Shown here: positions 28,397 through 42,799 of the stretch, one piece after another
How the letters are laid out: each line of letters starts with the position of its first letter
How positions within the stretch are numbered: the stretch's first letter is position 1
Source: Octopus vulgaris
Lineage: Eukaryota
Direction: 5' to 3'
NCBI GenBank assembly: GCA_951406725.2
Contig: OX597814.1
Location: 119,536,001 to 119,600,000, forward strand
Length of the DNA: 64,000 bases
Program-made: the position numbers and the translations under genes
The notes under the pieces: generated by a model
Databases searched by the model: none
The model's input: only the letters and a program-made list of their open reading frames with translations
What the model was told of the DNA's origin: nothing

Positions 28397-28684
28397 GTAG
28401 ATCAACAAATGGTGGGGTTGTGTTGACCGCACGTGGAGAAACGATAAGCAAGGAAAAATTGTAAAATGGCAGAATGCTAAATTGAAAGAAAATTTTAATG
28501 AAAATGGGTGTATGGAAAACGTTTTTGAAAAATTGATAAAATATATAAATATATATTAATTCAAACCGGTTTTCGTCATAATGTGACTTTTCAAGAATTG
28601 TAAAGGAAAAATTTTTTTTTAAAGTGAGAAGGGGGAAAAAAGAAAATTACATTGTTTTTTGCAAAAAAAAAAAAAAATAATAAT
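28397..28684 (-). mobile_element. PLE terminal-repeat remnant between (TA)n tracts
   Basis: Bounded by TA runs; carries the HHR variant at 28558-28599. Confidence 0.55.
28558..28599 (-). ncRNA. Minimal hammerhead, U3-A8 core variant
   Basis: Reverse complement: aattc-TTGAAAA-gtca catta tgac-GAAA-accggt-TT-gaatt; stems I, II and III all pair. Confidence 0.6.
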
Positions 28685-28924
28685 ATATATATATATATAT
28701 ATTAATACACATACGCATACACACACCCAAATATGTGTGTGAATATATTTGCATTTTTTAACATAAGTTTTGAGTTGGAAATATTTGGAGTTTGACATAG
28801 CTATAGTTAAGAGTGAGTTAATAAAATTAATCTTTATATGCAGGACTGTGGTTTCGGGCATGTATTTATTCACTCGGTTATGAAGGTCAGACAACTCAAC
28901 AAAAAGGAGTGAATATTTGCAATA

Positions 28925-29150
28925 TTCAGGGATGGCGAAAAGTCACCTGACAGTAAATCATACACATTTAATTCCAAGATTATAAAAGGAAAAATTATGA
29001 GATTTTGCTAATAAAGAGACAAATAACGGTGATTTTAACTCACAGCATTGAATTATTAAACATTCATAATTGAAATGAATAAATAAAATTGAATATTAAG
29101 TATTTATGGAATTTTGATTTACTCTCGGGTGACTTTTGTCTAACCCTGTA
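28925..29150. mobile_element. Tc1/mariner-type MITE with ~35-bp TIRs
   Basis: cagggatggcgaaaagtcacctgacagtaaatca vs reverse complement of end, tacagggttagacaaaagtcacccgagagtaaatca. Confidence 0.75.
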
Positions 29151-29207
29151 CACTGAGTAAAGTACACATATATATCATGTTCTCTAGGAATATACCCCAT
29201 ATATCTA

Positions 29208-29290
29208 ACGACCTCGGCGGAATTTGACCTCAGAAATTAAAGACAGACTAAAAACCGTTAAGCTTTTAGTTTGTATCAGCTCGCCGCCTT
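29208..29290 (-). mobile_element. SINE family B head fragment
   Basis: cgacctcggcggaatttgacctcagaa...cagctcgccgcctt. Confidence 0.7.
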
Positions 29291-29599
29291 ATACACAGAA
29301 TAATATAAGCTTTACTTTGCACCTTGTAGGGACCGATCTCTCTTTTATTCACATTTGCATGATTTTTATAACACGGTTGCAGTGTAATAATTTATGTTAT
29401 ATAATTTTGTGTATACATTTATAAATCTTCGTATATTCATAATACTTTTCATTATATTCCAGATTATTTTATTACCACAATGCAATAAAGGGTAAAGTGA
29501 GGTCATTAAAAACTAATTTTATCAGTTTAATATATATATTATATCAGCACCATAATGTCTATGAACATCATTGCCACTGTTCTATCAACAGATTCGATT

Positions 29600-29935
29600 A
29601 TTTTATCAAAGTTCTCCCCGATGATCTGTCCCCTTTCATTATTATGGTGTGACCATAAAGTCACACATAGGATTGGGTGACTTGACCGTGTGGAATGGAT
29701 TCGTTGTCTGTCAGCTATTAGTTCCTTTAACTTCCTTTTGTGTGGTATGCTGAAGGTGAAGATGCACTGAATGAAAATGGAATATATGAATCATTTGAAG
29801 GAACGCCTCATGAATGAATTAGCTCAAATTGACGGAAATGTGGAGGTAATGTTATAGGTTATGTGCATCCCATAGAGCACACCAAACTTTGCATAACCAA
29901 TGTGGAAAACACGCTGAAAATATTATTCATTATAA
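29600..29935 (+). pseudogene. Highly decayed Tc1/mariner-superfamily transposase C-terminus
   Basis: FNFLLCGMLKVKMH*MKMEYMNHLKERLMNELAQID resembles DFFLWGYLKEKVY...LK.RI. Confidence 0.5.
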
Positions 29936-31224
29936 CAGTTGAATAAAATTATCGAAAATATACATTTTTGCCTATACAATGTACTATCACTGTATTTTGT
30001 CACTCTTCTCTTCGCCTCACTTTTCCTAATTTTCTTTCTAGATGATATCGCATGCAGTCAATTCATTCTCCACCAGATTATTTTTTCCGTATATGTTGAC
30101 TTTCTTTTTCACATTGTAAATTTCCTGTGCGACCGATCTCTAATATATCTTCTTTTTTTACCTTTTTCGCTGGTTTTCTCTTAAAATACTTATTTACTGT
30201 TTTTGCTCTTCTCTCCTTGTTATAACATCTCATTCTTTTTCCTTGCTGACTGATGTCTTGAGAAGTACAAATATAGTTTATAGAATAAAATATTTGCATA
30301 AGATGATAAAATATTGAAAAGCGATAAATACAGAAGATTCTTGCATTCATACAGTTTGTTTTGCCTCATAAATTAAAAGTGAAAATTAAAATCTTTTCCT
30401 ACGATTTTATTGTCGCAGATTCATTGTGCTAAACCAACTGTCATAATAAAACGCCTCTGGTCTATTATGGTACAAAACCGTTTGTGTCTCGCTTTGCACT
30501 TAGAAAAGAGGTATCCAAAATATACCAACACAGTTCATAGTTGGGATATATGTTCATATTATTAAGATATTTGAAGTAAGCCGACAATAGCAATAGCAAG
30601 TTATGAAAAAACAGAATATAGTCTAGGGACTGAGCAACATATGCGTCTCAGCAAGCGTTTTAACTGTATTTATTATGTATCTTAGACTAATTCCTTTTGA
30701 AGAAAAGCCTTTGAGCCCGAAATATAACCGTTTATTTATTATAAAATTTCCGGCATTGTTAGAAGATATCTTTATTTCCCTTTTCTTGTGCGTGTGTGTG
30801 TGTGTGTTTGACGATGATTTAACTAGCTGAAACTTCGTAGTCAGAGTCAGCAATATTTTTGTTTAGGAAAAACCTTGTCCTTTTAGAAGTACAGAGTAAT
30901 CCTGGAGATAAATGTAAATTTGCTTATATTATGACGAAACAAAAAAAAAAAGCATTAGCATGCACACACACGTTAATTTTCTTAGGCGTACGTAGGTATA
31001 GAATATGTGACTGTGAATGTATCCATATTAATTTATATATATATATATATATAAACAATGGCAGAAACGGGGCTGCTTTGCAACTCAAACAGGTAAGAAA
31101 AACCCACAGGTATTAAGTTTGCGAAGTTTTTGTATAATACAAACGTGAAAGAAGTAACGTATAATCTACTCAACATATGCAGCAAGATTTAATTATGCTA
31201 TGTATGTAAGTATGTATACTGACA

Positions 31225-31536
31225 CTCCATTGCTTACGGCAAAAAAGGGTTCCATTTGATCAGATCAATGGAATAGCTTGTTCGTGAGATTAACGTGCAG
31301 GTGTTTGAGTACTCCACAGACACGCGTATCCGTTCACAAACTTCTCAATGAGATACAGCGTGACACGGTGTGTGAAAAGCTTGGCCCCTTGAAATACAGG
31401 TACTATTCATTTTTGGCAGCTGAGTGGACGGGAGCAACGTGAAATTAAGTGTTTTGCTCAAGGAGACAACGCGCCGTCAGGAATTGAAGTCACCACCCTA
31501 AACGAATACCATAACCACTACGCCACGCGCCTTCAC
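31225..31536 (-). mobile_element. SINE family C (tRNA head + CORE-like)
   Basis: On the - strand: gtgaaggcgcgtggcgtagtggtta...ttcaattcctg...ccttgagcaaaacactt..ttcacgttgctcc.gtccactcagctg. Confidence 0.75.
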
Positions 31537-31552
31537 TGTATAATCAATTCAG

Positions 31553-32174
31553 AATTAATCAATTTTTACCCTTTATTATTACTAATAATATAATTGTCTC
31601 CCTGATAGTAAACTGCAGTTTCTGCGGAATTTTACTAGTTGGCACACGTGGGTGAGTGAGCAGGAATACGAGACTTCACTCGTCTGTTTGAATTCGGAAG
31701 AACTGGTCTTTGGATATATGCTGTTTGATGACACTTGGACAAATACGTATGTTAATTATCAGTGCTCTTAAATTTAAAATTTTGAAATACTGTACTGATG
31801 AGGAGACTGCGTGAGTAGAAATACGAGTTTACATTTTTCACATCTCTCTAACTCCGAAACGCGTATACAGTTAACCAGAGCCGGGTAGATTCGTTATCTT
31901 TTCTCTCTTTATCTGCGTGGGTTGTTGAGTATTGCTGTCTGGGAGATATCTTATGGTAGTAAAATAGTTGAATAACTGCTATTTCTAAATTTCGGTATGT
32001 GGTGAAGCAAATTTTGCTGAACCCTAATTATAATTATACTCATGTTTATAGAATTTTTGCATAAGTTTACCGATAATGGTTATTTTAACATACCGAACTA
32101 CTTGGTAAAATTATTAATTAATAAATTAATTTTACCTTTTATTATTATTGATTATATATATATATATAATTGTC
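31553..32174 (+). mobile_element. ~620-bp non-coding HHR-bearing element with imperfect terminal direct repeats (PLE pLTR-like)
   Basis: aattaat.aatt...tttacc.tttattatta...tataattgtc at 31553-31598 and 32116-32174; internal HHR. Confidence 0.55.
31789..31871 (+). ncRNA. Type I hammerhead ribozyme
   Basis: actgta-CTGATGA-ggag(46-nt loop)ctcc-GAAA-cgcg-TA-tacagt. Perfect core, 6-bp stem I; predicted cut after A31865. Confidence 0.85.
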
Positions 32175-32180
32175 ACAAAA

Positions 32181-32412
32181 CTGATAAAAGAGAGAAAGTA
32201 TCCTGTCATCTTTATACGGAGTCTGGATAAATTTCTTCAAGGAATACCAAATAAGCCACTCATATCTGGATACAACTCACTCAACACGAACTCACTACTT
32301 GAATGGACCATAAACAAAATTTGACTTAAAAAGGACACATATAATCCTATCAGGTGGTGCTATTAAGTTAGACATGGCCTGGACCAACATTTGGTCGAAA
32401 CATATCTAAGTT
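32181..32412 (+). mobile_element. LINE (CR1/Jockey-superfamily-like) 3' end fragment
   Basis: FIRSLDKFLQGIPNKPLISGYNSLNTNSLLEW resembles an ORF2 C-terminus; 3' stem-loop gaccaa-cat-ttggtc. Confidence 0.5.
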
Positions 32413-33547
32413 TATAATGTATATAAATTTATATCTTCTTCTTCTCCTTCTTTTTCTTCATGTTCAATTCAAAAGAATATATCTGAATAATGATTCTGAC
32501 ATTCGTAACCTATATACATATATCATAAAGAATTGAACGTGTAGTAGTAGGAGGAGAAGAAGAAGAAGAAGAAGAAGAAGGTGATGCCGTTGACGCTGAT
32601 GAGGAAAAAGATGGTGAATATGTTTAATTTTAAAATACTACAAATTGTCTCGTTCATCTTAATTTTTGTTAATTATTTAAGGCCGTAAGGATGTTATTAA
32701 ACTATCTTAAAAAATAATTTATTAAAAAATCGAATACAACAGTGTGGCAACATATCTTGTAAAATTTTTCACATTCACGCCTAACAGCTCCCTATAATGC
32801 CATTAGTGAACGATTGATTTCATAGTCATAAACTGGAGGAGGGGGTTTTCAACATAATATGCAATATTTCTGTTTTACTTTAATCAAACTGGAGTCAGTC
32901 ACGTAGATTCAGTTGTTCTTGATAACTAAATAATGACGTGCAGCTCTATCAAACTTGCAATTATTATAACCTGATTGTCTATCACATGTAACTAATTGAA
33001 TTATTTCATCTGCACTCTATCTCATTTCCTCGATCCTGGTTACATTAACTAAAGCAAAATATTTATCTAACCGATGAAAACACAGTAAATATTGCTCATA
33101 GAAAGACAAATGCACATCACTGCACAAATGAATTATTAATTGATTTAAAAGAATATCAGTCATGATTATCGCTCAATATAAATATTGAATTATAATTTCT
33201 TTAATTCCATTTTAATTTCATTGACCAATTTTCAATTAATGGTTTCTAATCCTTTATCCAACGTCCATTTCACAGTTTAAGCTTGCTACAGTTTGCATTT
33301 TCGATGAGTCAGGGAATATTTCGATTGTTGGTGTTCAATAGCTTATGCCCAAGATTAATCACAATTCAACTTAAAACTCGGTCAAACATTTTCTCATCAG
33401 TGATATTGTATCCCGAATTACCTTACTTCTTGTGCTCTTTCAGTTTTTCAATATGGTAGGTACAGTCGCCGTTATTAGGCTGTTCTATGTAGGGGAAAAA
33501 TAAATGCACGTGCGATCACACACTCACACCAAAACACATACCTACAT

Positions 33548-33703
<156 letters not shown>

Positions 33704-33743
33704 AACAAGATTGCAGTCACCGCCAATTTCACTCTTGGTTAGT

Positions 33744-33791
33744 CAAGTCTGATGAATCATGATCAACCAAGTGTGGAACTCGCGTAGCCTG
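33744..33791 (+). ncRNA. Degenerate hammerhead motif next to (TA)n
   Basis: caagt-CTGATGA-...-GGAA-ctcgcg-TA-gcctg. Confidence 0.4.
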
Positions 33792-34535
33792 TCATATTTT
33801 CATACAATTATCGTATCTACCCATTGCAAGCAACGTATTGAGTTCTGTGGCAAATAATACTTGCACTACGCATAATAATAGACATACACTCACATATATG
33901 CACACAGAGTATACAACCTATATATATATATATATATACCCACACACATAAACAGACACACGTATATGTATCGCTATTTATCTGCTCTAATCTTTTGCAT
34001 GGGTTGTAATGTTAGAAAGTCTGCCGGCGAATACTTTTCTGCAAGACTTTCTCTAAATTACCAAAAATGCAACTTAATTAATTCTTCACTCATCTGTGAA
34101 CCCAGAAAGTTAATTAACCTTTCCTCCTTCCATACCTATTCAATGAAGTAAAATAAGTAAGGAGTTAATTAATCTATGCTTCTACAGCAATATTTCCTCT
34201 GGAATTAATCAATCTCCATCACTTTCCAATATCATCAACAGCCTCGTCGAGCAACTAATAAAGTTTCTCCGCTTAGCTAGGCAACCAAACAACTAATCAT
34301 CTCTCAGTTCACTCACCTGAGCAAAGAAGCAGCTGGTGCCAATTATTTCCACATTATAGGCTCATAAAACACTTTAATTATAAAGAAGAAACACCTTGTA
34401 TTCATGTTATAATTCGTATTAACATATGGAAAACTATATTGCAAGATAGGAGTTATTCCACAGTAAAATATACGATGAATTGATCTACATAACGTATGTT
34501 ATTCATCAGCACACTTGCAAGAAAGTATTCATGCG

Positions 34536-34861
<326 letters not shown>

Positions 34862-37800
34862 TTCAATGTATCAGGAGTTATTCGATATGATTGTTTCTAT
34901 TAAAGTTCATCAGTAAAACGTTTAATAGAAACAGTACTTTCGCAATATACAATACATCATGTTTAAGTTTTGTTGGCTGTTTCTTTTTAGACAATTACAT
35001 TCCCGTTACAGCAAAGTTGTTCGAACAATAGCCATTCTATATTCGCCAGAAACTATGTACATCAAGGATCCCTTTATATATAGTGCCTATAGCCTTTTAA
35101 GAGGATGCGTAAAGCCTGGAAGGAGTTGTATTTTGTGATTCTAGCAGAACGATTGACTAGCTTGTGAGAAACCGGTGGGTTAAATGAAATGCTTTTACTT
35201 CTATCTGCAGGTAATATGGATTTCAAATTTGGCACAAGACCATCAAAGCCAGAGGAAAGCGATTACATCGGCCTCTGTTTATTGAACCCGTTGTAATTTG
35301 AACTCAGAATGAAAAGATGGGCCAAATAATTACAAATTCAATTACTTAACCTCTCCCTATTTTCAAGCCACTGTGTGAATTCTTATACGTCTTTATCTTC
35401 GATCTCATGGCTATCATTGGCAATCATTGACGTTTAAAATTTAAAAACTACCGACTCTGTTTGTATTAAAAATTCAAATATACTTCGAATGATTTATGGA
35501 AATTTTCTGGTGGTTTAACTCTATGCATACGTTAAGTGAAGTATCCAAGGGGCAATTTATGGAGGAAAACATTTCTGGAATCATACACGTTATCTGGTTA
35601 AAGTTTAGTAAAATTTATGTGTACATTGCGATGAGAAATCCGTTAATGAGAAAAGTAAAATAATAATATGAATAGGTTCTTTTATAAAATGGTCAGGTGC
35701 ACTGCAACTCATCTGAAAAAAAGATAAGCTGGCTTGCTCCATACTACTTGTAAAGTAATTCGATATATAAAAAGAGACTCTATTGCTGTTGTCTGAGAGT
35801 TATTTGGAATTGAAATGGTTAAAGGAGCTTGGGAAGTGTTTACAGCAAGAATAACTTGCTTTAATGTAAATTCAATTAAAAATCTTTTGAATTCTACGAT
35901 AAGACGTAAAATGAAAGAGATTAAATTTAAGAAGTCTCTGGCAATATATGTATTTACCTTTAAAATTAAACGCTGGTTTGTTTCATGGGATCATAACTTA
36001 GTTTAAATTTCTGTTTTGGAACATGAGAACGAGTTAAGTAATTGAATTTCAATAATAAATTCTAATTTACTTGCAAAACCATGGATTATAGAGAAAGAGG
36101 GTTTGACGGTTATTTGCACTCCAGCACTTCATAGCAATTTATTTAACAACTCCAGATCAACGAATTGCAAAAGTGATTAGGCAAAATTTAAACTCATAAA
36201 CAGTAAGAAAATTAATATACCTCATTCACCTAATATTGGTTAACTTACTTTCCTGTTAAAGGCAGGTAAACCAGTTTGAGAGAAAAGTTTCTGAAAGTGT
36301 GATATAGACAGTACGTAACTCTAATACATACACACACACACGCACACAGACACGCACATACACTCAGAAACGCGCACACACATATTAAATTTAGGTCTTT
36401 AATAAAGGCAAAATTTATTCGTCTATATTTAAAGTAAAATCCTGAAAATTATTCATTCTAATGTCAACGTCAACTAACGTAAAATTATGTCTCTAATTAG
36501 ATTTATGAGGTTTTTCTTAAATTTCTAAGATACGAACGTGCATATCCATCTGGTTCCGAGGTTAACAGTTTCTGTGTAAAACAATGGGCAATGAAGGAAA
36601 CAATTTATGGAATGACCAAAATATAGGTTCAAATACGGCTGCATGATTCAGACCAATGAATTATTCCCATATCTACATAAAATTGGCCACTCTTCTTTTT
36701 AAATTTAATATAAATTTATCTCCGTTTACATATCGACACGTGTATGCGTGTACACACATAGGAAGTTTGTCTTGCTGAAACTGATCGAAACGTGGAAGGA
36801 AGTGTTTTATATATATATTCTTTTATTCTTTTTTTATTTTATCCTATTACAAGCTGTGGTATTATATGTTAAACATACTTCGCTGTAAATAACTTCGCTA
36901 CCACAACTGTCATGTGTAGCAAACATTTCTGCAATGTATCTAATGCGCTCTGAAAAGTCAATATTACGATGGAGTATAGAAGCGTTATGTAAGAATCCTT
37001 TCTAGACACACTTTCGCTTTGGTACTTATACATATACACAATTGACTTTACCGCTGGAATCAGATAACAATCCGATTGAGGTGTTTGTATATGGCGCTTG
37101 ATTTTGATTCTTTCTACTGCTTTTGATATTTTTCCGCTTCCATAATCATAAACGAGCACACTTACTCAGTGATGTATATGTACAAGCAAACTGATGAGTT
37201 AACACGTTCATACGCAGACATATATATATATATATATATATATGTTATATGGATATGCTTATAAGCAGAAATCAGCATGCAAAATCGTACACATAGCTGA
37301 TCGTTCATACATGAAATCCTCGACAATATCTAGTTAACATGATTCAATTCTAAAACAAACTATGGAATATGCATATAAAATAACATTTATATATCTATCG
37401 ATATTGTTCATTCTTTTTGCAATTTCTAATTCTCCACTTCTTCCCCATCTTTCTCTCTGCTCATTCATATATACACGTGTCTGTATGAATGCCAGCATGT
37501 GTGTGTATGTGTGTGTGTGTATATGTGCATGTATATGTGCATACACATTTTGATATTCATACTTATGTACTTTATATATATATATATGTGTGTGTAAATA
37601 TATATGTACATACACATATTTTGATATACGCACTCATAAGTACTTATATATGTATGTCTCTCTCTATGAATACGTGTTTGCATTGTGTAAGTAAATATTC
37701 GTTTATCAATATCCTTTAGATTGTTTCTAATCCTGCGAGCGCCTCGGATATTTAATAGTATTTGTGGAACTGTTAAGCTTTATCCACCTCAAGTCAGTAT

Positions 37801-39944
37801 CTGCTGTGATTTACCTTCAATTCCGCGAAATGCTCTTTGTTGATCCTACTAAAATAATTCAATGATACATCTTAAGAAAGTTTTCTATCGGTGTATGGAT
37901 ATCTATGCAAAGTTACTCGTTCTTTCTACGGTCATGTACATTCAATTTTCCGTTTTCAGTTATTGCCCGAGAGAAAATATTGTTGTTTTTCTTCAGCACG
38001 AAAGAAGCCACCATCGAATGGGTTTATATTTACTAGCCAAAATCTGTGGTCAGCCAATCATTTTTTATACCAATCTATATTTGAAATTGTAGATTGTTAT
38101 ATGTTGTTAATTGAGCTGCTGTTCCCAGCAGATCAGTTACCTTCGTAGTCCTGTCTCTACTCGCTTTATTCAAAGAAGAAAAGTGTTATCTCGAAATATA
38201 ATTTTGCACAAATGTTTATTAAACTGTAACTTTTAAAGCTTAGATAAGTCTATATAGTTACTCTTATTAATTATTATGTTATGAAAATGAATGAGAGTCG
38301 TTATACTGTAACTATTTTAGATGTGAAAAGAAATTCTTTGCTCATATTCCACTTTTCTGTCGTGTCAATTATGCTATCCTTGCTACCCCAATGAACCCAC
38401 ACATTATTTAATTCAATGCTAGTTTGAAATAATAAAATGGGATTCCACTCAATGCTCGTTTGAAATTACATTTTGTATTTTGATAGATATTTATCTACAA
38501 TATCCGAGACTCTACTTTCAATGAAGTTTGATTTTGAGAAACCATAGACTTTTTACACATCGGCATCCAGAGATCACATTTAGGTAACTTATTAAACATA
38601 AAACCTCAGTATTTCTAAGAAAGGTCATCTGTACATTCTCTTTCAGATGTTGGATTCATTATGAATTAACTTTTAGGAATAATTAAAATATTTTTTCCTT
38701 TGGGGTGAAACAATATGTAATATTAAATTCGTTGAAATGTTGCTGGGGCCGAAACAATGCAAAATGATATAGAGAAGACTACAAAAGTGAGGACAGAAAA
38801 ATAGCTGAAGATTCAATATTTGCTCTTCAATATTTAGGGCTTAGGACCTCTTCATCGGGACACGTAATTCATTTTTGTATTACTTTTCGCAGTTTTGGTT
38901 TTCATAGTTTATGATTATTATCATTTAATTCACATTCGTTCAAAATATTACTAATAAAATACCATCGGTTTCTAAAAAAAAAAAGATATCAATTATTCTG
39001 AATATATATATAATTATTCAAAGATGAAACTTTACAAGGCACATCATGAATTTCTTTCGTTAGAAATACAAGAAAATATCAGAAAACAAATCAGGATATT
39101 TAAATAATTATCAATAATTCAAAGGATCTATACAGGACAAACCACACGCAAATCATGCAATATTTAAGGATCAAATACTTTACTTCGAAAATAAACCCAG
39201 CATTCGATGTGGAACACGACGAAGATTGACAAAGAAAAGTTAATAAGAATTATAATACTTCAGAAACTTATCTAAATTCAAAGGAGTGTCAAAACTAACA
39301 GTTTTTCTTAATGCAATAACAAAATATAATTTCAGTTCATTTCGCACAAAAAGAATAACGAATTTTTGCATCTATGTTTTAATGTCTAATATGATCCATC
39401 TTGAATATCTCGGTTAACATGGGACTTAATTATGTCAAATTGTTTATAATATATACCGATGTAAAATATAACGGTCATTAGACTATATGCTTTGAAATAT
39501 TTGCTTAACTATAATAAAATTATCTGGATAAAAAAGCCGTTAAAACTTTCTTAGATGAGAATATCCGGTTGAAGCATAATGGTCGGTATAAGCTATTTCG
39601 TGTTACCAAGCCTTATATCATTAATGCTGCAATATTCGTCTCAAAAATGTTTCTGGTGTAGACGTTTAGTGCCTGGAAGCAGAGATATTGGTAGCATACG
39701 AGAAGTGGCTAGCATTGGTGGTGGAACGAATGTATCACATGATTACAGTGTTCTGTAGTTCTATCACCGATACTGAATGATTCTCGTCTGCTACCGGTAT
39801 ATCTCTATTCCTGTGCACTAAAGGTGTACACGCAAGAGATCCTCAGGGACAAATATTGCAGTATTATGGCGCTCTAGACATACATACATACACGTTAAGT
39901 AAGATTTAAAGAGAACTGTTTTTTAATAATATTGCCTCTATCGC

Positions 39945-40140
39945 TAGTATCTGAGGTATGTGTTTAGCAAGTTAGTGGATAGCAGTAAGTCGACCACATC
40001 GATCCCAGTGATCAAAAAGTACTTGTTTAATGGAACCCGAAAATATGAAAGGCAAGGTCGACCTCACAGAATTAAAACTCAGAACATAAAGATGAACAAA
40101 ATGCTTCCAAGGATTTTGCGCGGCGTGCTAACGTTTCTTA
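39945..40140 (-). mobile_element. Degenerate SINE family B
   Basis: acatcgatcccagtg...gtactt...atgaaaggcaaggtcgacctc...actcagaac...cggcgtgctaacgtttct. Confidence 0.7.
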
Positions 40141-40148
40141 TATATATA

Positions 40149-40505
40149 CGAGCAAAACGCCCCACCCCCGTCCAATGGACGGTGGTCAGTTGTCAAATAC
40201 TTAAACCAAATTTTCTCAAAACGACTTGTCCGACCGTTCCATAGGTTTCCCCGTTGAGAAACACTGATTTAACCTAACTTTGAGACACCAGCAAAAAACG
40301 GATTTCGACTGATGTACTTGCGCGTACAAATGCACGTTCCCACGGCTTTGTCGATCACTTTCTGACCTGGAATCGATTTTTGTATACACGCCCTGAAACC
40401 GTCGGTATCTACATATCAAATTTGAGCGCAATCGGATGGAGGATGCCCGATATCCTAGAAGACACAGAGAGAGGGAGAGAGGCAGAACGGATTTTGTATA
40501 ATAGA
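40149..40505 (-). mobile_element. Non-autonomous Helitron-like element
   Basis: On the - strand: A|TC 5' end, subterminal hairpin ccgtcc-att-ggacgg, 3' CTCG|T (CTAG variant); caaatttgagcgcaatcgg motif. Confidence 0.55.
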
Positions 40506-42799
40506 TACAGCAAGATCATTAGCTATTTGTAACTCCAGCTTCTGTTCTGGCACTGTTTTACTGTATAAACCTGGTAGGATGATGAGTGACTACCGTTTCT
40601 AGCGGAGGAGGGCTCATCATTGACGCGATCAAGAATGTCGAAATCAAATGATAGTCTCGGCGCTGGAGATCGCAGTGATCTATCATACCGCTAGCGATAT
40701 AAACAAGAATGCTATTTGCACCAAAAGTCGTGGTATCTCCCGCAGTATAGTTTGTTGTAGTAGAACATCCAATTTTAAGTAAGGATATATATATATAGTT
40801 TTGCCGATATTGACCAGTTGCCTTTGTTCTGGTGGTACGTCTTTTACTGCAGATTCTTCTAAAAAGAACGCATCTGTTTCTTTGAAATATTTGTTTTTGG
40901 TGCCGAGGTACATTTTTGGCGTAGGAGTTGTTGGTAATGTTCTTTCTTGTTATTTAAAGACAGTGCTGTTTGCAATGGTGTATGTAGGATAGTGTGTATG
41001 GGTGGGTTTTGTCTGAAAATCTGAATGTCTGGTTTTGTGATTAGAAAAACTTATATAAATAGAATGGTTTTGAAGAGGTTAAAAGATCAGTTTTTTATCT
41101 GTTGTGTGAATGGATGAGGCAGAATGCTAATTGAGCTGGCTTTGAATTTAGTGAAAGCCATATTCATTGAAGCAAGAAGTTTTCTTTTTTCTTTTTTTTT
41201 ACTTCTTCGTATACAGATTTGAAATTTTACGATTTGTGGAGGTAAAGTTCACTTTTCGCATTAAATGGCTTTAAGCAGACGCATTAGATTATGTGGGTAA
41301 TGTTTGGGTGCTGGAAGTGGGTAGTGCATAAAACTGTAGTAGAAGGGCAGTAACAGAAAAATGACCTCAAGAGCAGGAAATAGAAAGATGCATAAATTTA
41401 GGGTCATTGTACATAATACACTGTATTTATACATGTTTAAACACACACATATTTACATGTTTGTGAGTGTGTTCTCATTCTATTTATCTGTGTATTCCTA
41501 GTTTCGTGTTAAAAAGAAGTGTACAATAGTGATTCGATACACGTAAAGCGATAACATATGTAGCATACAGAAATAACTATGCGTTCGATATGTTCGAATG
41601 AAATCAATCAGTTAGGTGTCTGAATAAAAGCCGTCAAATCAATGAAGCCAGTAATCAGAATTCACCAACTCGTGTGCATAAGAACAATGTATACATAATT
41701 ATTTTATGTATGTATTATTTCACATTGTGTATACCGATATAAGTATATCGATGCAAGCACGCTATGCACGCTATTTTACACAAACAAGTATACAACTGCT
41801 CTTAAATTGTAAGGTGCGCGCACACATACTGACACAGGAAGATGTGTCTGTACATATATGCTTGTGTGTGTAACTTCAGTTAGCGAACGCGTTTCACTGT
41901 ATTTATGTGAGTGCGTATCTTTTGATATAACCCAAGTTATGCCGAAAATATGCCACCAATCATACTAGACCTCTAAATATTTGTTTCTGTTTCACTCTTT
42001 TCCGCCTTCTTTCTCTCTGTGTGTGTACATGTCTGTGTTAGTATGTGTGTGAGTGTGTGTATGTTTGTGTGTGCATGTATCTATCTGAATCTCTTTTCTC
42101 TCATTTTATCTGTGTTTCTCTTTTTATCTACTTCATACGGATTCACTTACTCGATTTAGTTGCTTCCTGTTGGCTTCCTATCGCACGTTCTTTACTTTTA
42201 TTTCAATACTTTCATATAAATAACATAACACCTGATGTGAAGTTGCTTTGAAACAACATTTCTCAGTTTCGCTCTTAGCAGTTAAATGAACAGTTTAACA
42301 TTTCGTTATACAATTGCTGATACAGGAAATGAAATGCAACCTCAAAAAGAAAAAAAAAAAAAGAAAAAAAAATCATTGATGAATACACACATACAAATAC
42401 ATACGCTCTTACATAGAAACGTGCATCTGCTGGGCTCTCTTTCTCCTTATAGACACGCACACATATACACATATTCGGTAATTATAAATTATAAAATGAA
42501 TAATGATAGACGTTTATATAAGGCTTATATTTCTTTTTGTTTTGTTTATATTCACTGTTATTTGTATCTTATAAGAAATGCATTAGATAAAGTGGTAAAC
42601 TTATGCCGTAAATGCCAAATGTCACTAAATCCATGCTTCTTTAAGTCTATCTCTCTAGCTTTGCGTGTGTGCGTAGGTGTGTGTGTATGTGAGTGTTAAA
42701 TTGTTAGATTATTTAAATGTCAGTTTAAGAATACCAACTAAACATTTATTGAGTAGTGCCTCAATACGGAGAATAAATATATTTTTAAATTTGTTTTGA

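Noticed and set aside
40683-41200. Possible retroelement peptide on the - strand (RRICS-like)
   Set aside because: A single short motif with no supporting context
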